NCBI GenBank assembly: GCA_029838215.1
Contig: JALGVI010000042.1
Coordinates: 1-25,851 of the forward strand
DNA: 25,851 nt
From: Candidatus Helarchaeota archaeon
Lineage (GTDB): Archaea > Asgardarchaeota > Lokiarchaeia > Helarchaeales > RDOG01
Direction of reading: 5' to 3'
The position numbers were made by a program, and so were the translations under genes. The notes beneath the pieces were generated by a model that had not been told where the DNA came from, ran no database searches, and saw nothing but the letters and a program-made list of their open reading frames with translations. Shown one piece after another: positions 7,265 through 16,543 of the stretch (the first letter of the stretch is position 1; each line of letters opens with the position of its first letter).

Positions 7265-8050
7265 TTAAATTATTTTAAAGATTTCTCTCTCATATTCACC
7301 TAAACATGGACAACCCGGACATTTTGAATTGATGTAGTTCTCGCAATTAGAACCGCATCTAGTCGCACAACAACTTGTTCCCAGTGCTGAAGAATCGTCG
7401 TTAAAAATTAAATGTTTTGGACTAAATACGAGGTAGATGGGATACATTTCTGGATGTATGGAAACTACCGTGCATTCTTTAACTCTGGTATCTAACTGAA
7501 ACTTTTCGATCATGCACACCATCTGGTTATTATGGTTACCACCATATGACTTTTCAATACCAAAAAGAGTCATTAGACTATTTTGGGCAATATTTTTGGA
7601 AATATTGAATACTCTTGGGCAACTCTGAAGATCGTTGTATAATTCATTAAGATCCTTCAAGTTGTTAAATAATAATTTTAGGAATACCAAATCTAAATTT
7701 AGTTTTTGATAGTTCACACCCACGAAAAATTGGATTTTCGAATGTTGTTTCATCATCTCAATTTTTTTCTTAACGGTTTGTCGAGAAAGTCCGAGTTGTT
7801 TGGCAATATCGATGTAAGATTTTCTCGGATTTGTTACGAGTTCACTCAGAATTGCAATTTCTTTTGGAGAGAATACGTCTTCTTTATTCGTCATGCGCGG
7901 GCCGAGTTTAATTTTTCTTTCTTGCTTTAATTTTTCCTGCACTATTGATTTTTCGATTTTTTGTGGAATATCCTGATTGAAATATTGCCATGTATCCAAA
8001 ATGGATACCAGAAAATTACGGGATTTCTTCACGCCTTTACGCTTCCTCAC
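7265..8050 (-). CDS. Lrp/AsnC-family winged-helix regulator with a C-terminal Cys-rich domain
   Basis: HTH EIAILSELVTNPRKSYIDIAKQLGLSRQTVKKKIEMMKQ, an effector-like middle region, and the tail CCATRCGSNCENYINSKCPGCPC. The GTG start directly abuts the receiver gene stop (8051-8053). Confidence 0.8.
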   Translation of the reverse strand: MRKRKGVKKSRNFLVSILDTWQYFNQDIPQKIEKSIVQEKLKQERKIKLGPRMTNKEDVFSPKEIAILSELVTNPRKSYIDIAKQLGLSRQTVKKKIEMMKQHSKIQFFVGVNYQKLNLDLVFLKLLFNNLKDLNELYNDLQSCPRVFNISKNIAQNSLMTLFGIEKSYGGNHNNQMVCMIEKFQLDTRVKECTVVSIHPEMYPIYLVFSPKHLIFNDDSSALGTSCCATRCGSNCENYINSKCPGCPCLGEYEREIFKII

Positions 8051-8449
8051 TTACGGCATCCCCTTTTTATTTAACAATGTAATGGCGTGATCAACTATTT
8101 TAATCACGTCATCAATAGAAATTGGCTTGCTAATGTAGTCGTATACTTCGGATCTGATGGACTCAATCAGGGTAGGCATGCTCGGGTAACCCGTGATTAC
8201 GATAATCAAAGCATTTTTGTTTTGTCCTTTAATGAGCTTAATCAATTCAAGCCCATTCCCACTTGGAAAGACCAAATCGATGAAGTATATGTCAAATTCA
8301 TCCTTTTCAACAATTTCTTTTGCCTTTTTAAAATCCGCCTCAGATCTTACGTAATATCCCTCTTTTTCAAGAATCCACGTAAGAGATTCACAAATGGATT
8401 TTTCGTCATCAACAATGAGAATCTTTACCATTTTTCTCACACCACTCAT
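8051..8449 (-). CDS. Stand-alone response regulator receiver (CheY-like) domain protein
   Basis: KILIVDDE, phosphoacceptor YFIDLVFPSGNG, ITGY and conserved Lys in YISKP. It has an ATGA overlap with the kinase stop (8446-8449). Confidence 0.93.
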   Translation of the reverse strand: MSGVRKMVKILIVDDEKSICESLTWILEKEGYYVRSEADFKKAKEIVEKDEFDIYFIDLVFPSGNGLELIKLIKGQNKNALIIVITGYPSMPTLIESIRSEVYDYISKPISIDDVIKIVDHAITLLNKKGMP

Positions 8450-11400
8450 AATTCTTCTTTGAATAATTTATTATTTTCATTTTTTAAAGGTAAAAATACC
8501 GAAACGGTGGTTGATTTCTTCCGTTTACTTTCAATGTTAATTTTTCCTGAATGTGCCCGAATTATTCCATACGAAATGCTTAATCCCAAACCCGTTCCGG
8601 GAATGCTTTTTCCTTTTTTAGTCGTAAAAAATGGATCAAACACCTTAGAAAGGTCTTTCTTTTTGATGCCAATCCCATTATCCGTGAAGGAAATTCGTAC
8701 ATATTTCGTATTCTTTTTCTTTGAAAGAGAAGCTTTAATCGTGATTTTTCGATCTTCTTCCAGCTTTTCATCAACGAACCTTTCATCGATTGCGTCTATC
8801 GAATTCTGCAAGATATTAATGAAAACCTGTTGAATTTCCTGAACTTTTAAAGGTATGAATGGAAGATCATCGGGAACGTCTAATGTGACTTCAATTTTCG
8901 ATTTCCTCAATTTTGGTTGTAAAAGCGATAGTGAAGCGTTTATTGGTTTCAAGATACTTTCTATTCTAAAAATTCCGGGATCACGTCGGGCGAAGGACAA
9001 TAAATCAGCCACGATTTTCGAGATGCGTTTTCCTTCTTCAATTATTTGCGTTAAGAAAGAAAAAGGTTTGACTTCCAAATCAAGCCTGCTCAATTCTTTT
9101 AATTCTTCTTTTACAATCTCGGCATAATTGATGATACCCATTAGAGGATTGTTTATTTCGTGTGCCACGCCTGCCGCAAGTAGTCCTATGGAAGCCAATT
9201 TTTCGGATTGCACCAACATTTCTTGCGTGTTTTTCAGTTCTAGAAGAGTATTTTCTAATTTTTTGGCTTCATTCTTTAGTTCTTTGGTTTTCAATTCAAC
9301 TTCTTTTTCGAGATCTTCCATGTAATTCTTTCGTGCTTCTTCAAGGGCTTTTCTTTCGGAAATGTCCCTTGCTAAATACAGACCTTTAATTTTCCCATCT
9401 TTATCCTTGAACTGTTTCCCTTTTATTTCTAGCCAAATGTAATGTCCATCCTTATGGCGGGCAAGGTATTCACGGGGTTCATCACCCATTTTTGCTAGAA
9501 ATTCGGATTGATTTCCAAATTTGATTCTGTTAATCTGTACAGGATGGATGAAATCGCCTCCGAATTTCCCAATTAGATCTTCACTTTTATATCCAAGAAT
9601 TTTGAGGTATATTTCTTCGTTGATATATTCATATCGTCCGTGCTCATCAAATATCGCAATTAAATCATTGGCATTTTCAGATATTAAACGATACTTTTCT
9701 TCGGATTGTCGTAGTTGTTCTTCAGCCATCTTACGAGATGTGATATCTTCAATCATGTGTTGTACATAATTTTTTTCGCCCAGTTTCAGGAGGGTACTTT
9801 GCACTTTAACCCAAACGGTATCGCCCGTTTTAAGTTTAAGCGAAAATTCAAAGGGATCAATTCTTGCACCCTGAACGATCGTTTCAAATCGATCTTTAAT
9901 ACGTGGGATCATGTTTTTGGGAAGCAATGAGATTGCATTCTCAAACGGCCCGATTATTTTTTCTTTTTTAACTCGGAAGATTTGTTCACACGCGCTATTC
10001 ATTTCTAAGATATTCTTGTTCCTATCGGTAATCACGATACCGAGCGTGGATTGTTCGAATAGATATCTATAACGTTCTTCCGATTCCTTGAGTTTTAGTT
10101 CGGCACGTTTTCGTTCTATCGCATTGACGAAAATATCTGCCACGTATTTAAGCAACAAGACATCCTTCTCGAGCCACTCCTTTTTTTCTCCAAAATCGCC
10201 CGAAAAAATCAAAGTTCCAAACAACGTCCCTTTGTGAACCATTGGAATTAACAACACGGGACGGAACCCATACTTTTTTAGCCAATCGTTAGCTCCTGTA
10301 GCGTCAGCAGGAACATCGGCAAGGCTTCGAATTATAATAAACGCTTGACTCCGCAACATCGTTGACAAATAAGGAAAGTCATCAATTTTTATTTCATTTA
10401 GAGGAATATAAGAAAGGTCATCTTCATTTACCATGTATTCATAACTTTTTATTCCAATTTCGGGGTTGTCTTTCGGAAAGGTAAGGATTGCACAATACTT
10501 GCTATTCAAATAGAGCGTCAGGACTTTTAAAGCATTATTTATTCCTTCATCGATTTCCTCGATTGGTAAATTAATGAATTCGGTTGAAACTCTCGATATG
10601 AACTCCTCTAAATCGAGTCGATATTTTAAAGCATCTTCTGCCTGTTTTTGGTCGGTGACATCAATGGCAATGAAGATGGCAGCAACAACATTCCCTTCCT
10701 GCTTGATTGGGGCTATGCTGTTAAGATACCAGCGTAATTCCCCATCGGCATTCTGGGATGCAGTTCGGAATCGGGCTTTTTCACCATTTTTAAATACAGA
10801 ATCTAATACACTTTTTACTTCTTCACGATATTTGGGCTCAATGTACGTGTAGATCTTCCTCCCCAAAAATTCTTCGGGTTTGACGCCGATTCTTTCAAAA
10901 CTTACTTCGGATCGATTTATTTGAAGGATGGTACCCTTCGAGTCTAGCGTGCATATCATTACGGGAGCATTTTCAACTAAAGATCTCCACCGCTCTTCCG
11001 ATGCTTGCAATGCTAATTCTGCTTGTTTTTGGTCGGTTATATCCATGAAAAAGGAGAATAACGAATCTTTTCCTTCAAATTGAATGATCTTGGAAAATAC
11101 ATTCACCCATTTATTAACATTAGATTTCGTAATCATGCGGTACGTGTATTGAATGGGAATCGTAGGATCTTTGAGAAACATCTTCTTGAGATTTTCCAAT
11201 GCAATCATTCGATCTTCGGGATGAATCAAATTTAGAAATGAATTTGCAGACCATTTTGATACATCTTCAAACGAGTACTCCGTGATTTGTTCCAATGCTT
11301 TATTTGCATACTTAACAATTCCATCTTGAATTATGGAAATTCCCATTATCGATTGTTCGGCGATCATGCGGAATTTTGCTTCCGATTCCCGTATTTTCTG

Positions 11401-14400
11401 CTGTGCGTTCATTTTTTCTGTGATATCTCTTGAAATAACGAGCAATTTAGTCTTGCCCGATTTATCCGTGAATGTTTTACCCTTAGATTCAATCCAAATG
11501 TAATATCCATCTTTATGTTTCACGCGGGATGATATCGTCAGATCACCAATTTCAAACACTTTTTGAAAACTAACTCTGATGTCTTCAACTTCACCAGGAT
11601 GAACCACGGATAATGCCGATTTTCCAAGCAAATCGACATCAAAATAGCCGAGAACTCGCTTGAAAGTTTCTTCATTTATATATTCAAACTCAAACTTATT
11701 GTTAAAAATGATTATCAAATCGTCAGCAGCCTCGGAGATGATTCGGTATTTCTCTTCAGATTCTGCCAATTTAAGTTCCGTCTTTTTTCTATCGGATATG
11801 TCTTGGAGAATGAATTGAAAGAATTTTTTTCCTGCAAAGTTCACCAAAGAGCCATTCGCATTTACCCAAACAAAGGCACCATCTTTTCTATTAACTGCAA
11901 ACTCGATGGGCTTTGATTTCTCTCCTTTAATGACACGCGAAATGTTCTCTTGTAATTTTTGTAATGTCTCTTTTGAAACCACCCCTATTTCGCGAAATAA
12001 TTTCCCAATTATTTGTTCTTTTTCTTGTCCAATTATTTTCTGCGCTGCAGGATTTAAATCCAAGATCTTGCCATTCATGTCCATGATTCCAATACCAGTA
12101 GGAGATTTTTCAAATAGAGCGTGGAATTTTTCTTCAGATTCTTGGAGTTTTTCTTCGGCGTGTTTTCGCTCAGTTATATCCAATAAAGTGCCATGAACGC
12201 CTACAAATCGCCCTTCTTTTCTGATGATGCTGTAAAAAGATTCCACCCAGCAAATTTTGCCAGATTTTGTTTTTACTCGAAATTCAAAAGGTGAAATGAT
12301 ACCCTTAAGCATTTTTTTCAAGTGCTTTATCCCTTTAGGAACGTCTTCTGGAACAATGAAATCAGATATCTTTTTTCCAATGACTTCAGAAGGTTTGTAT
12401 CCAAATATACGTTCTATCGCAGGACTAATATATGTAATGACTTGATTTTCATCATGCGAATAGATGATCTCGTGAAGATTCTCTACAAGCTCTCTATATT
12501 TTTCCTCAGATTCTTTTAATTCCCGTTCAGCTCGTTTTCTTTCCGTTATATCACGCACAATTGAAAGCACGAAAATTTTATCCTTGAGTTCAACGAGATG
12601 AGAATTTATTTCGACAGGTAATCGTGATCCATTTTTTAAAACATGTTCCATTTCGAACGTGTTCTCACCGTGAATCAGCAAATCTCCCATTATGTCTTGG
12701 ATTTTATCCATCATTTCGGGTGCATCAATATCACTAGGAGTCATTTTAAGAAATTCTTCTCTTGTATAACCATATCGCTTACAGGCTACATCATTAATTT
12801 CAACAAAAATTCCACGATTTCCATCATCTCGAAGTTCATGCACGAAAATGGCATCGTTTGCACTGTTGAATAGCGTTTTGAAACGTTCTTCGGATTCTTT
12901 TGTTCGTTGTTCTGCAGATTTACGCTCCGAAATGTCCCGCGAGATGAGTAGTGCTACCTTTTCATCTCCAGCACCTTCATATTGAATTCCTCTCACTTCA
13001 AACCAAAGATATTTTCCATTCTCATGACGAATACGAAGCTCAACCTTTCCGTGTCCAACCTCCAAACCTTTTCTAAAAGCTTCTACGGCGAAATGAAGGT
13101 CATCAGGATGAATGAAAGACGTGGCTTTGTTCTTTAATAATTTATCCATTGAATACCCCAAAAGCCGCACGTGAGCAGTATTCACGTATTTCAATCGAAA
13201 GTCAAGATCAATTAATGCAATTAAATCATTAGCATTTTCGGTTATTAGTCGATATTTTGTTTCTGATTCTTTTAATTCCTGCTCCGCCTTTTTTTGTTCT
13301 GTTATATCCGTCAATGAACCGTGCACGCCTATAACTTCACCATTTTTCAGTAATCTTCTGTTAATACTTTGCACCCAACGAACTTCATTGGAGCTTGTGT
13401 TCATCCTGAAATCAAAGGATTTCACCTTTCCTTCTTTAATTCTTTGAAATGTCTTTTCAGCCGTCGAAGAATCTGTGAGGTGAAGAAATTTCGTGAATGA
13501 TTTCCCGATTATCTCCGATGATTCATATCCCAATAATTTTTTGATGATGGGACTAACATACGTGATTTTTCCGTTTAAATCGCAAGAATATATGACTTCA
13601 TTCAGGTTTTCGATCAAGTCACGATACTTTTCTTCGCTTAATCGTAGAGCTTTTTCGGTTTTTGATCGTGCTAGGGCATTTCCAATTTGTAACCCAATCG
13701 TTTCGAGAGCAGTCCGAGCCGATAACGTAATGGTTTCAATTTCATGAGATGAAACGTTAAGAGCACCTATGATTTCATCTTCATGCAATAATGGAATGAT
13801 GGCAATCGCCCGTAATCCCTCTTCTATTTGTCTCTCATCCCTTTGGACCATGATTTTTTCATATTGAGTGTAAATAGGACGACCTTTTAACATGATTTTT
13901 GAATTTGGCGAATTTATTTCATAATGTGATACAGCAGCTACGAAAGCGGATGACAATCCAGCATGGTAGACGAGGTCAAGACATCCAGATATTTCGTCAA
14001 AAATATATACTCCGCCACAATCCATTCCCGATACCTTGAATGCGGCTTCGAGGCATAAACGGAATTTTTCATCAAGACTCTTTGCATTATCTAGTCGAAG
14101 TGCTAAATCTCGCTGTTCACGCATTAGGTCCTGTGCTTGTTTTCTTTCTGTTATGTCTAAGAAATTCAAAAAAATGGCTTGTCTCGTTTCATATTTTATG
14201 ATTTTGGAATAGATTTCTATCCATTTTACCTTTTTAGATTTAGTGATGATACGACAGAAATATGGTAAGTCAAGGTTGTCTTTTCCTTTTTCTCTTTCAC
14301 GCAACCGTTTTAATGTTTGGATTCGATCATCAGGATATACAAAATTGAGAATTTCTTTACTCGTTAGAGAAAGAATTTCCTCTCTTGAATATTCAAAAAT

Positions 14401-14598
14401 CTTGCTACAGGCTTCATTTACGTATTTTATCAAGCCATCTTGAAATATTAAAATTCCCATTATCGTCTGTTCCGTGATTGACGTGATTAAAAGTTGGGGA
14501 TCAACCGCCTGTTTTTCCATTACCATGTTTCGCCAGCCATCTTCTTCCCTTTTTTCCAATGGATTTAGCGTGCTAGCAATAATTTCACCCAATAACAT
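8446..14598 (-). CDS. Cytoplasmic multi-sensor histidine kinase: about 11 PAS/PAC and 2 GAF domains, then HisKA and HATPase_c
   Basis: Repeated SEE[KR][YF]R..E...DI[TS]ERKxAE units were counted by eye. GAF-like blocks are at SGMDCGGVYIFD..IAIIPLL..IGALNV and at YLNSKYCAIL..VLLIPMVHKGTLFGTL. H-box AAGVAHEINNPL, N-box QVFINILQNSIDA, DNGIGI, FDPFFTTK and GTGLGLSI are present. No transmembrane segment is evident. Confidence 0.95.
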   Translation of the reverse strand: MLLGEIIASTLNPLEKREEDGWRNMVMEKQAVDPQLLITSITEQTIMGILIFQDGLIKYVNEACSKIFEYSREEILSLTSKEILNFVYPDDRIQTLKRLREREKGKDNLDLPYFCRIITKSKKVKWIEIYSKIIKYETRQAIFLNFLDITERKQAQDLMREQRDLALRLDNAKSLDEKFRLCLEAAFKVSGMDCGGVYIFDEISGCLDLVYHAGLSSAFVAAVSHYEINSPNSKIMLKGRPIYTQYEKIMVQRDERQIEEGLRAIAIIPLLHEDEIIGALNVSSHEIETITLSARTALETIGLQIGNALARSKTEKALRLSEEKYRDLIENLNEVIYSCDLNGKITYVSPIIKKLLGYESSEIIGKSFTKFLHLTDSSTAEKTFQRIKEGKVKSFDFRMNTSSNEVRWVQSINRRLLKNGEVIGVHGSLTDITEQKKAEQELKESETKYRLITENANDLIALIDLDFRLKYVNTAHVRLLGYSMDKLLKNKATSFIHPDDLHFAVEAFRKGLEVGHGKVELRIRHENGKYLWFEVRGIQYEGAGDEKVALLISRDISERKSAEQRTKESEERFKTLFNSANDAIFVHELRDDGNRGIFVEINDVACKRYGYTREEFLKMTPSDIDAPEMMDKIQDIMGDLLIHGENTFEMEHVLKNGSRLPVEINSHLVELKDKIFVLSIVRDITERKRAERELKESEEKYRELVENLHEIIYSHDENQVITYISPAIERIFGYKPSEVIGKKISDFIVPEDVPKGIKHLKKMLKGIISPFEFRVKTKSGKICWVESFYSIIRKEGRFVGVHGTLLDITERKHAEEKLQESEEKFHALFEKSPTGIGIMDMNGKILDLNPAAQKIIGQEKEQIIGKLFREIGVVSKETLQKLQENISRVIKGEKSKPIEFAVNRKDGAFVWVNANGSLVNFAGKKFFQFILQDISDRKKTELKLAESEEKYRIISEAADDLIIIFNNKFEFEYINEETFKRVLGYFDVDLLGKSALSVVHPGEVEDIRVSFQKVFEIGDLTISSRVKHKDGYYIWIESKGKTFTDKSGKTKLLVISRDITEKMNAQQKIRESEAKFRMIAEQSIMGISIIQDGIVKYANKALEQITEYSFEDVSKWSANSFLNLIHPEDRMIALENLKKMFLKDPTIPIQYTYRMITKSNVNKWVNVFSKIIQFEGKDSLFSFFMDITDQKQAELALQASEERWRSLVENAPVMICTLDSKGTILQINRSEVSFERIGVKPEEFLGRKIYTYIEPKYREEVKSVLDSVFKNGEKARFRTASQNADGELRWYLNSIAPIKQEGNVVAAIFIAIDVTDQKQAEDALKYRLDLEEFISRVSTEFINLPIEEIDEGINNALKVLTLYLNSKYCAILTFPKDNPEIGIKSYEYMVNEDDLSYIPLNEIKIDDFPYLSTMLRSQAFIIIRSLADVPADATGANDWLKKYGFRPVLLIPMVHKGTLFGTLIFSGDFGEKKEWLEKDVLLLKYVADIFVNAIERKRAELKLKESEERYRYLFEQSTLGIVITDRNKNILEMNSACEQIFRVKKEKIIGPFENAISLLPKNMIPRIKDRFETIVQGARIDPFEFSLKLKTGDTVWVKVQSTLLKLGEKNYVQHMIEDITSRKMAEEQLRQSEEKYRLISENANDLIAIFDEHGRYEYINEEIYLKILGYKSEDLIGKFGGDFIHPVQINRIKFGNQSEFLAKMGDEPREYLARHKDGHYIWLEIKGKQFKDKDGKIKGLYLARDISERKALEEARKNYMEDLEKEVELKTKELKNEAKKLENTLLELKNTQEMLVQSEKLASIGLLAAGVAHEINNPLMGIINYAEIVKEELKELSRLDLEVKPFSFLTQIIEEGKRISKIVADLLSFARRDPGIFRIESILKPINASLSLLQPKLRKSKIEVTLDVPDDLPFIPLKVQEIQQVFINILQNSIDAIDERFVDEKLEEDRKITIKASLSKKKNTKYVRISFTDNGIGIKKKDLSKVFDPFFTTKKGKSIPGTGLGLSISYGIIRAHSGKINIESKRKKSTTVSVFLPLKNENNKLFKEEL

Positions 14599-14760
14599 CT
14601 ACATGCAAAAAAACGTGCTCAGGACATCATCCTAAAGACCTCAAATATATACCTAATTGTTATAAAGCACGCGGTGAATTATCCAAAATAGATAGATTCT
14701 TCTTTTTCTTATAACATTTTGCAACAATAAAAGATAAATTTATCACGTAATGTGAAATAT

Positions 14761-14829
14761 TTCTGAGTCTTGCTCGTGACCGGATTTGTGCAAGATTCAG
14801 AATAAAAGAAAGAAAAAGAAGAAAAAGAG
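14761..14829 (-). terminator. U-rich tract followed by a 13-bp inverted repeat, downstream of the fdhB-like gene
   Basis: TTCTGAGTCTTGC (14761-14773) and GCAAGATTCAGAA (14790-14802) match at 12 of 13 positions. The A-rich + strand tract at 14803-14829 is a T-rich tract on the - strand, immediately after the stop at 14833. Confidence 0.5.
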
Positions 14830-14832
14830 GGA

Positions 14833-15948
14833 TTATTGTTGCAATGCTGCCTTGATTGCTTTCATTGTTCGTGGTGGAAGGTCTTCTACGGCTTTTCCAG
14901 TTTCGTATTTGAATGCTTCGAGGATTCTACGACTTACAATGTCATAGTAGAAGTCATTTGGGATCTTTACGGGGCATACATTACCACATTTCCCACATGA
15001 TATGCACGCATCGCTCATGTGGACCATCTTAAGCATCCAATATAGCACGGGATCATCGAGTTCTTTTGCTTTTCTCTTTGCCTGAACATCACATACGGGA
15101 CAATAGCATAGAGGACAAGCATTAATACATGCACCGCACAGCCGACACTTCTTGATATCGGAGAAAAATTTGTTGAACCTCTCAGCATCGGTCATGTTTT
15201 CATATTCAGAAAAAACTTTTTCTGCAAATTCCCGTGCATTTGTTTCCAATTGTTCAAAATGAGCCTTCCGCTTTTCTTTCAGATCATCCGAACTTCCTTT
15301 TAGCCCGATCTTTTCAATGAAATTCTTACCTCGCTCCGATTTTATGGTTATTCGGGCTTTTCCATCTACAAGATCTAGAGTTAAATCAGCTATTCTAGGA
15401 AGTCGATTTGAACATCGTTGGCAGTTATCAAAGCGAGGAAGCTTGAGAACCTCTTTCTTGCCATCAATGGTTATCTCAAGCCCGTCATCGATTAGTTTCT
15501 CTTCGGTGATTTTTTCCGGGTCTAATTCCTTTGCTTTTAGCTGCTTGGTTGCATTTTGAGGACTCGTGGACCCGGGACATTCGATGCCGATAATAAACAA
15601 GTCGTCAACATTAACTTGGTGATACTTGGATAATTCAATGAATGCACGGATATCACAGGGACGAGCAATGAGTCCTGCTTTGGGGAATTTTGCTCGCATT
15701 GATTTTTGATAGAACTTTGAAGCAGAGTTCATTCGTGAATAATTATATGCAAAGTATTGACTTAAAGGGAGAGGATCAATAAGGTCTTTCGATTCTGTAA
15801 TGAGTTTTGGTAAAATTTCCATTCTCGTTTTTCTAATTTCGTAACCAAGGATGGCATCGACTTCCTTTTCTTCTAGTAACTTGACTAGAATCGTTCGGAC
15901 ATCTTTTGCATCCGTGATGAATGATTCTCCAATGTCCATCATTTTCAT
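14833..15948 (-). CDS. FdhB/FrhB-family iron-sulfur protein (formate dehydrogenase beta / FlxC-like), partner of HdrA-MvhD
   Basis: ARPCDIRAFIELSK..VNVDDLFIIGIECPG, FDNCQRC..RLPRIADL, and the ferredoxin motifs CRLCGACINACPLCYCPVC and HMSDACISCGKCGNVCP, as in methanogen FdhB. Confidence 0.8.
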   Translation of the reverse strand: MKMMDIGESFITDAKDVRTILVKLLEEKEVDAILGYEIRKTRMEILPKLITESKDLIDPLPLSQYFAYNYSRMNSASKFYQKSMRAKFPKAGLIARPCDIRAFIELSKYHQVNVDDLFIIGIECPGSTSPQNATKQLKAKELDPEKITEEKLIDDGLEITIDGKKEVLKLPRFDNCQRCSNRLPRIADLTLDLVDGKARITIKSERGKNFIEKIGLKGSSDDLKEKRKAHFEQLETNAREFAEKVFSEYENMTDAERFNKFFSDIKKCRLCGACINACPLCYCPVCDVQAKRKAKELDDPVLYWMLKMVHMSDACISCGKCGNVCPVKIPNDFYYDIVSRRILEAFKYETGKAVEDLPPRTMKAIKAALQQ

Positions 15949-16049
15949 CTCATCTATTTTTCAAGAATTCGAGGGTTCAATCTTCCTCTCATTTCTTTTT
16001 CATTAAATTTCTATTGCTTTTTTCCCAAGAAAGGGAAAGAAATTAAAAT

Positions 16050-16114
16050 CTGCCTCTCTTTGCAAGAGCTGTCCCTTCATGTGAGGCTTTACCATGAAGT
16101 TCATTCGACGGCAG
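16050..16114 (-). promoter_or_regulatory. Eukaryote-like SECIS element in the 3' UTR of mvhD
   Basis: mRNA sense reads CUGCC GUCGA AUGA A CUUCAUG GUAAAGCCUCA CAUGAAG G GA CAG CUCUU GCA AAGAG A GGCAG. This gives an AUGA...GA core, a perfect 7-bp helix, apical AAA, and a closing CUGCC/GGCAG helix. It begins 5 nt after the stop of a gene with in-frame UGAs. Confidence 0.85.
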
Positions 16115-16119
16115 GGCAA

Positions 16120-16542
16120 TTAGTTTGAGGCGTTTTTCTTCAATGGGTTAGGGCCTAATCTTGCGACAATTTCGGTCATTTCAGTAGCGATTTCTGCAAA
16201 CCTTGCGCCTTCTGCAGCACTAACGAAGTGCATTGCCAATCGATCCGGATCAATACCCATCATCTTGCAGATCTGCTTCATGTATTGAATGTTCCTTGAA
16301 GCCAAGAAATTTCCGGTTTCGAATTCGCAATCGCCTTCGTATCATCCCACAACAAGCACGCCATCGGCACCGTTTCTAAGTGCTCGCAGGACGAATTCGG
16401 GATCTACTCGAGCCGTGCACGGAACCATTATCGTGCGTAAACTGGCAGGGTATTGTCTCCGAATCGTACCAGCCATGTCACAGGCACCATAACCTCATTT
16501 CCAACACAAGAAAGCGGCAATTGTTGGTAACTCACTTGACAT
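16120..16542 (-). CDS. mvhD: Selenoprotein MvhD/VhuD (hydrogenase/Hdr [2Fe-2S] subunit), 140 aa with Sec16 and Sec67
   Basis: Read from the ATG at 16542: MSSELPTIAAFLCWK-U-GYGACDMAG..VPCTARVDPEFVLRALRNGADGVLVVG-U-YEGDCEFETGN..GIDPDRL..SAAEGARFA..LGPNP. In-frame TGA at 16495-16497 and 16342-16344 fall at conserved Cys positions. TAA stop at 16120. Confidence 0.93.
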
Positions 16543-16543
16543 T

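Noticed and set aside
8087-8833. 248-aa + strand ORF
   Set aside because: It is the antisense shadow of the kinase C-terminus and receiver, with no motifs.
8446-14598. DNA tandem repeats or a CRISPR-like array within the kinase
   Set aside because: The periodicity is at protein level (PAS/PAC linkers). No identical nucleotide repeats with spacers are visible.
14761-14802. Inverted repeat as a further SECIS or a transposon end
   Set aside because: Its UGA pairs canonically with UCA, so there is no GA quartet. No transposase or target duplication is nearby, so it is treated as terminator-like.
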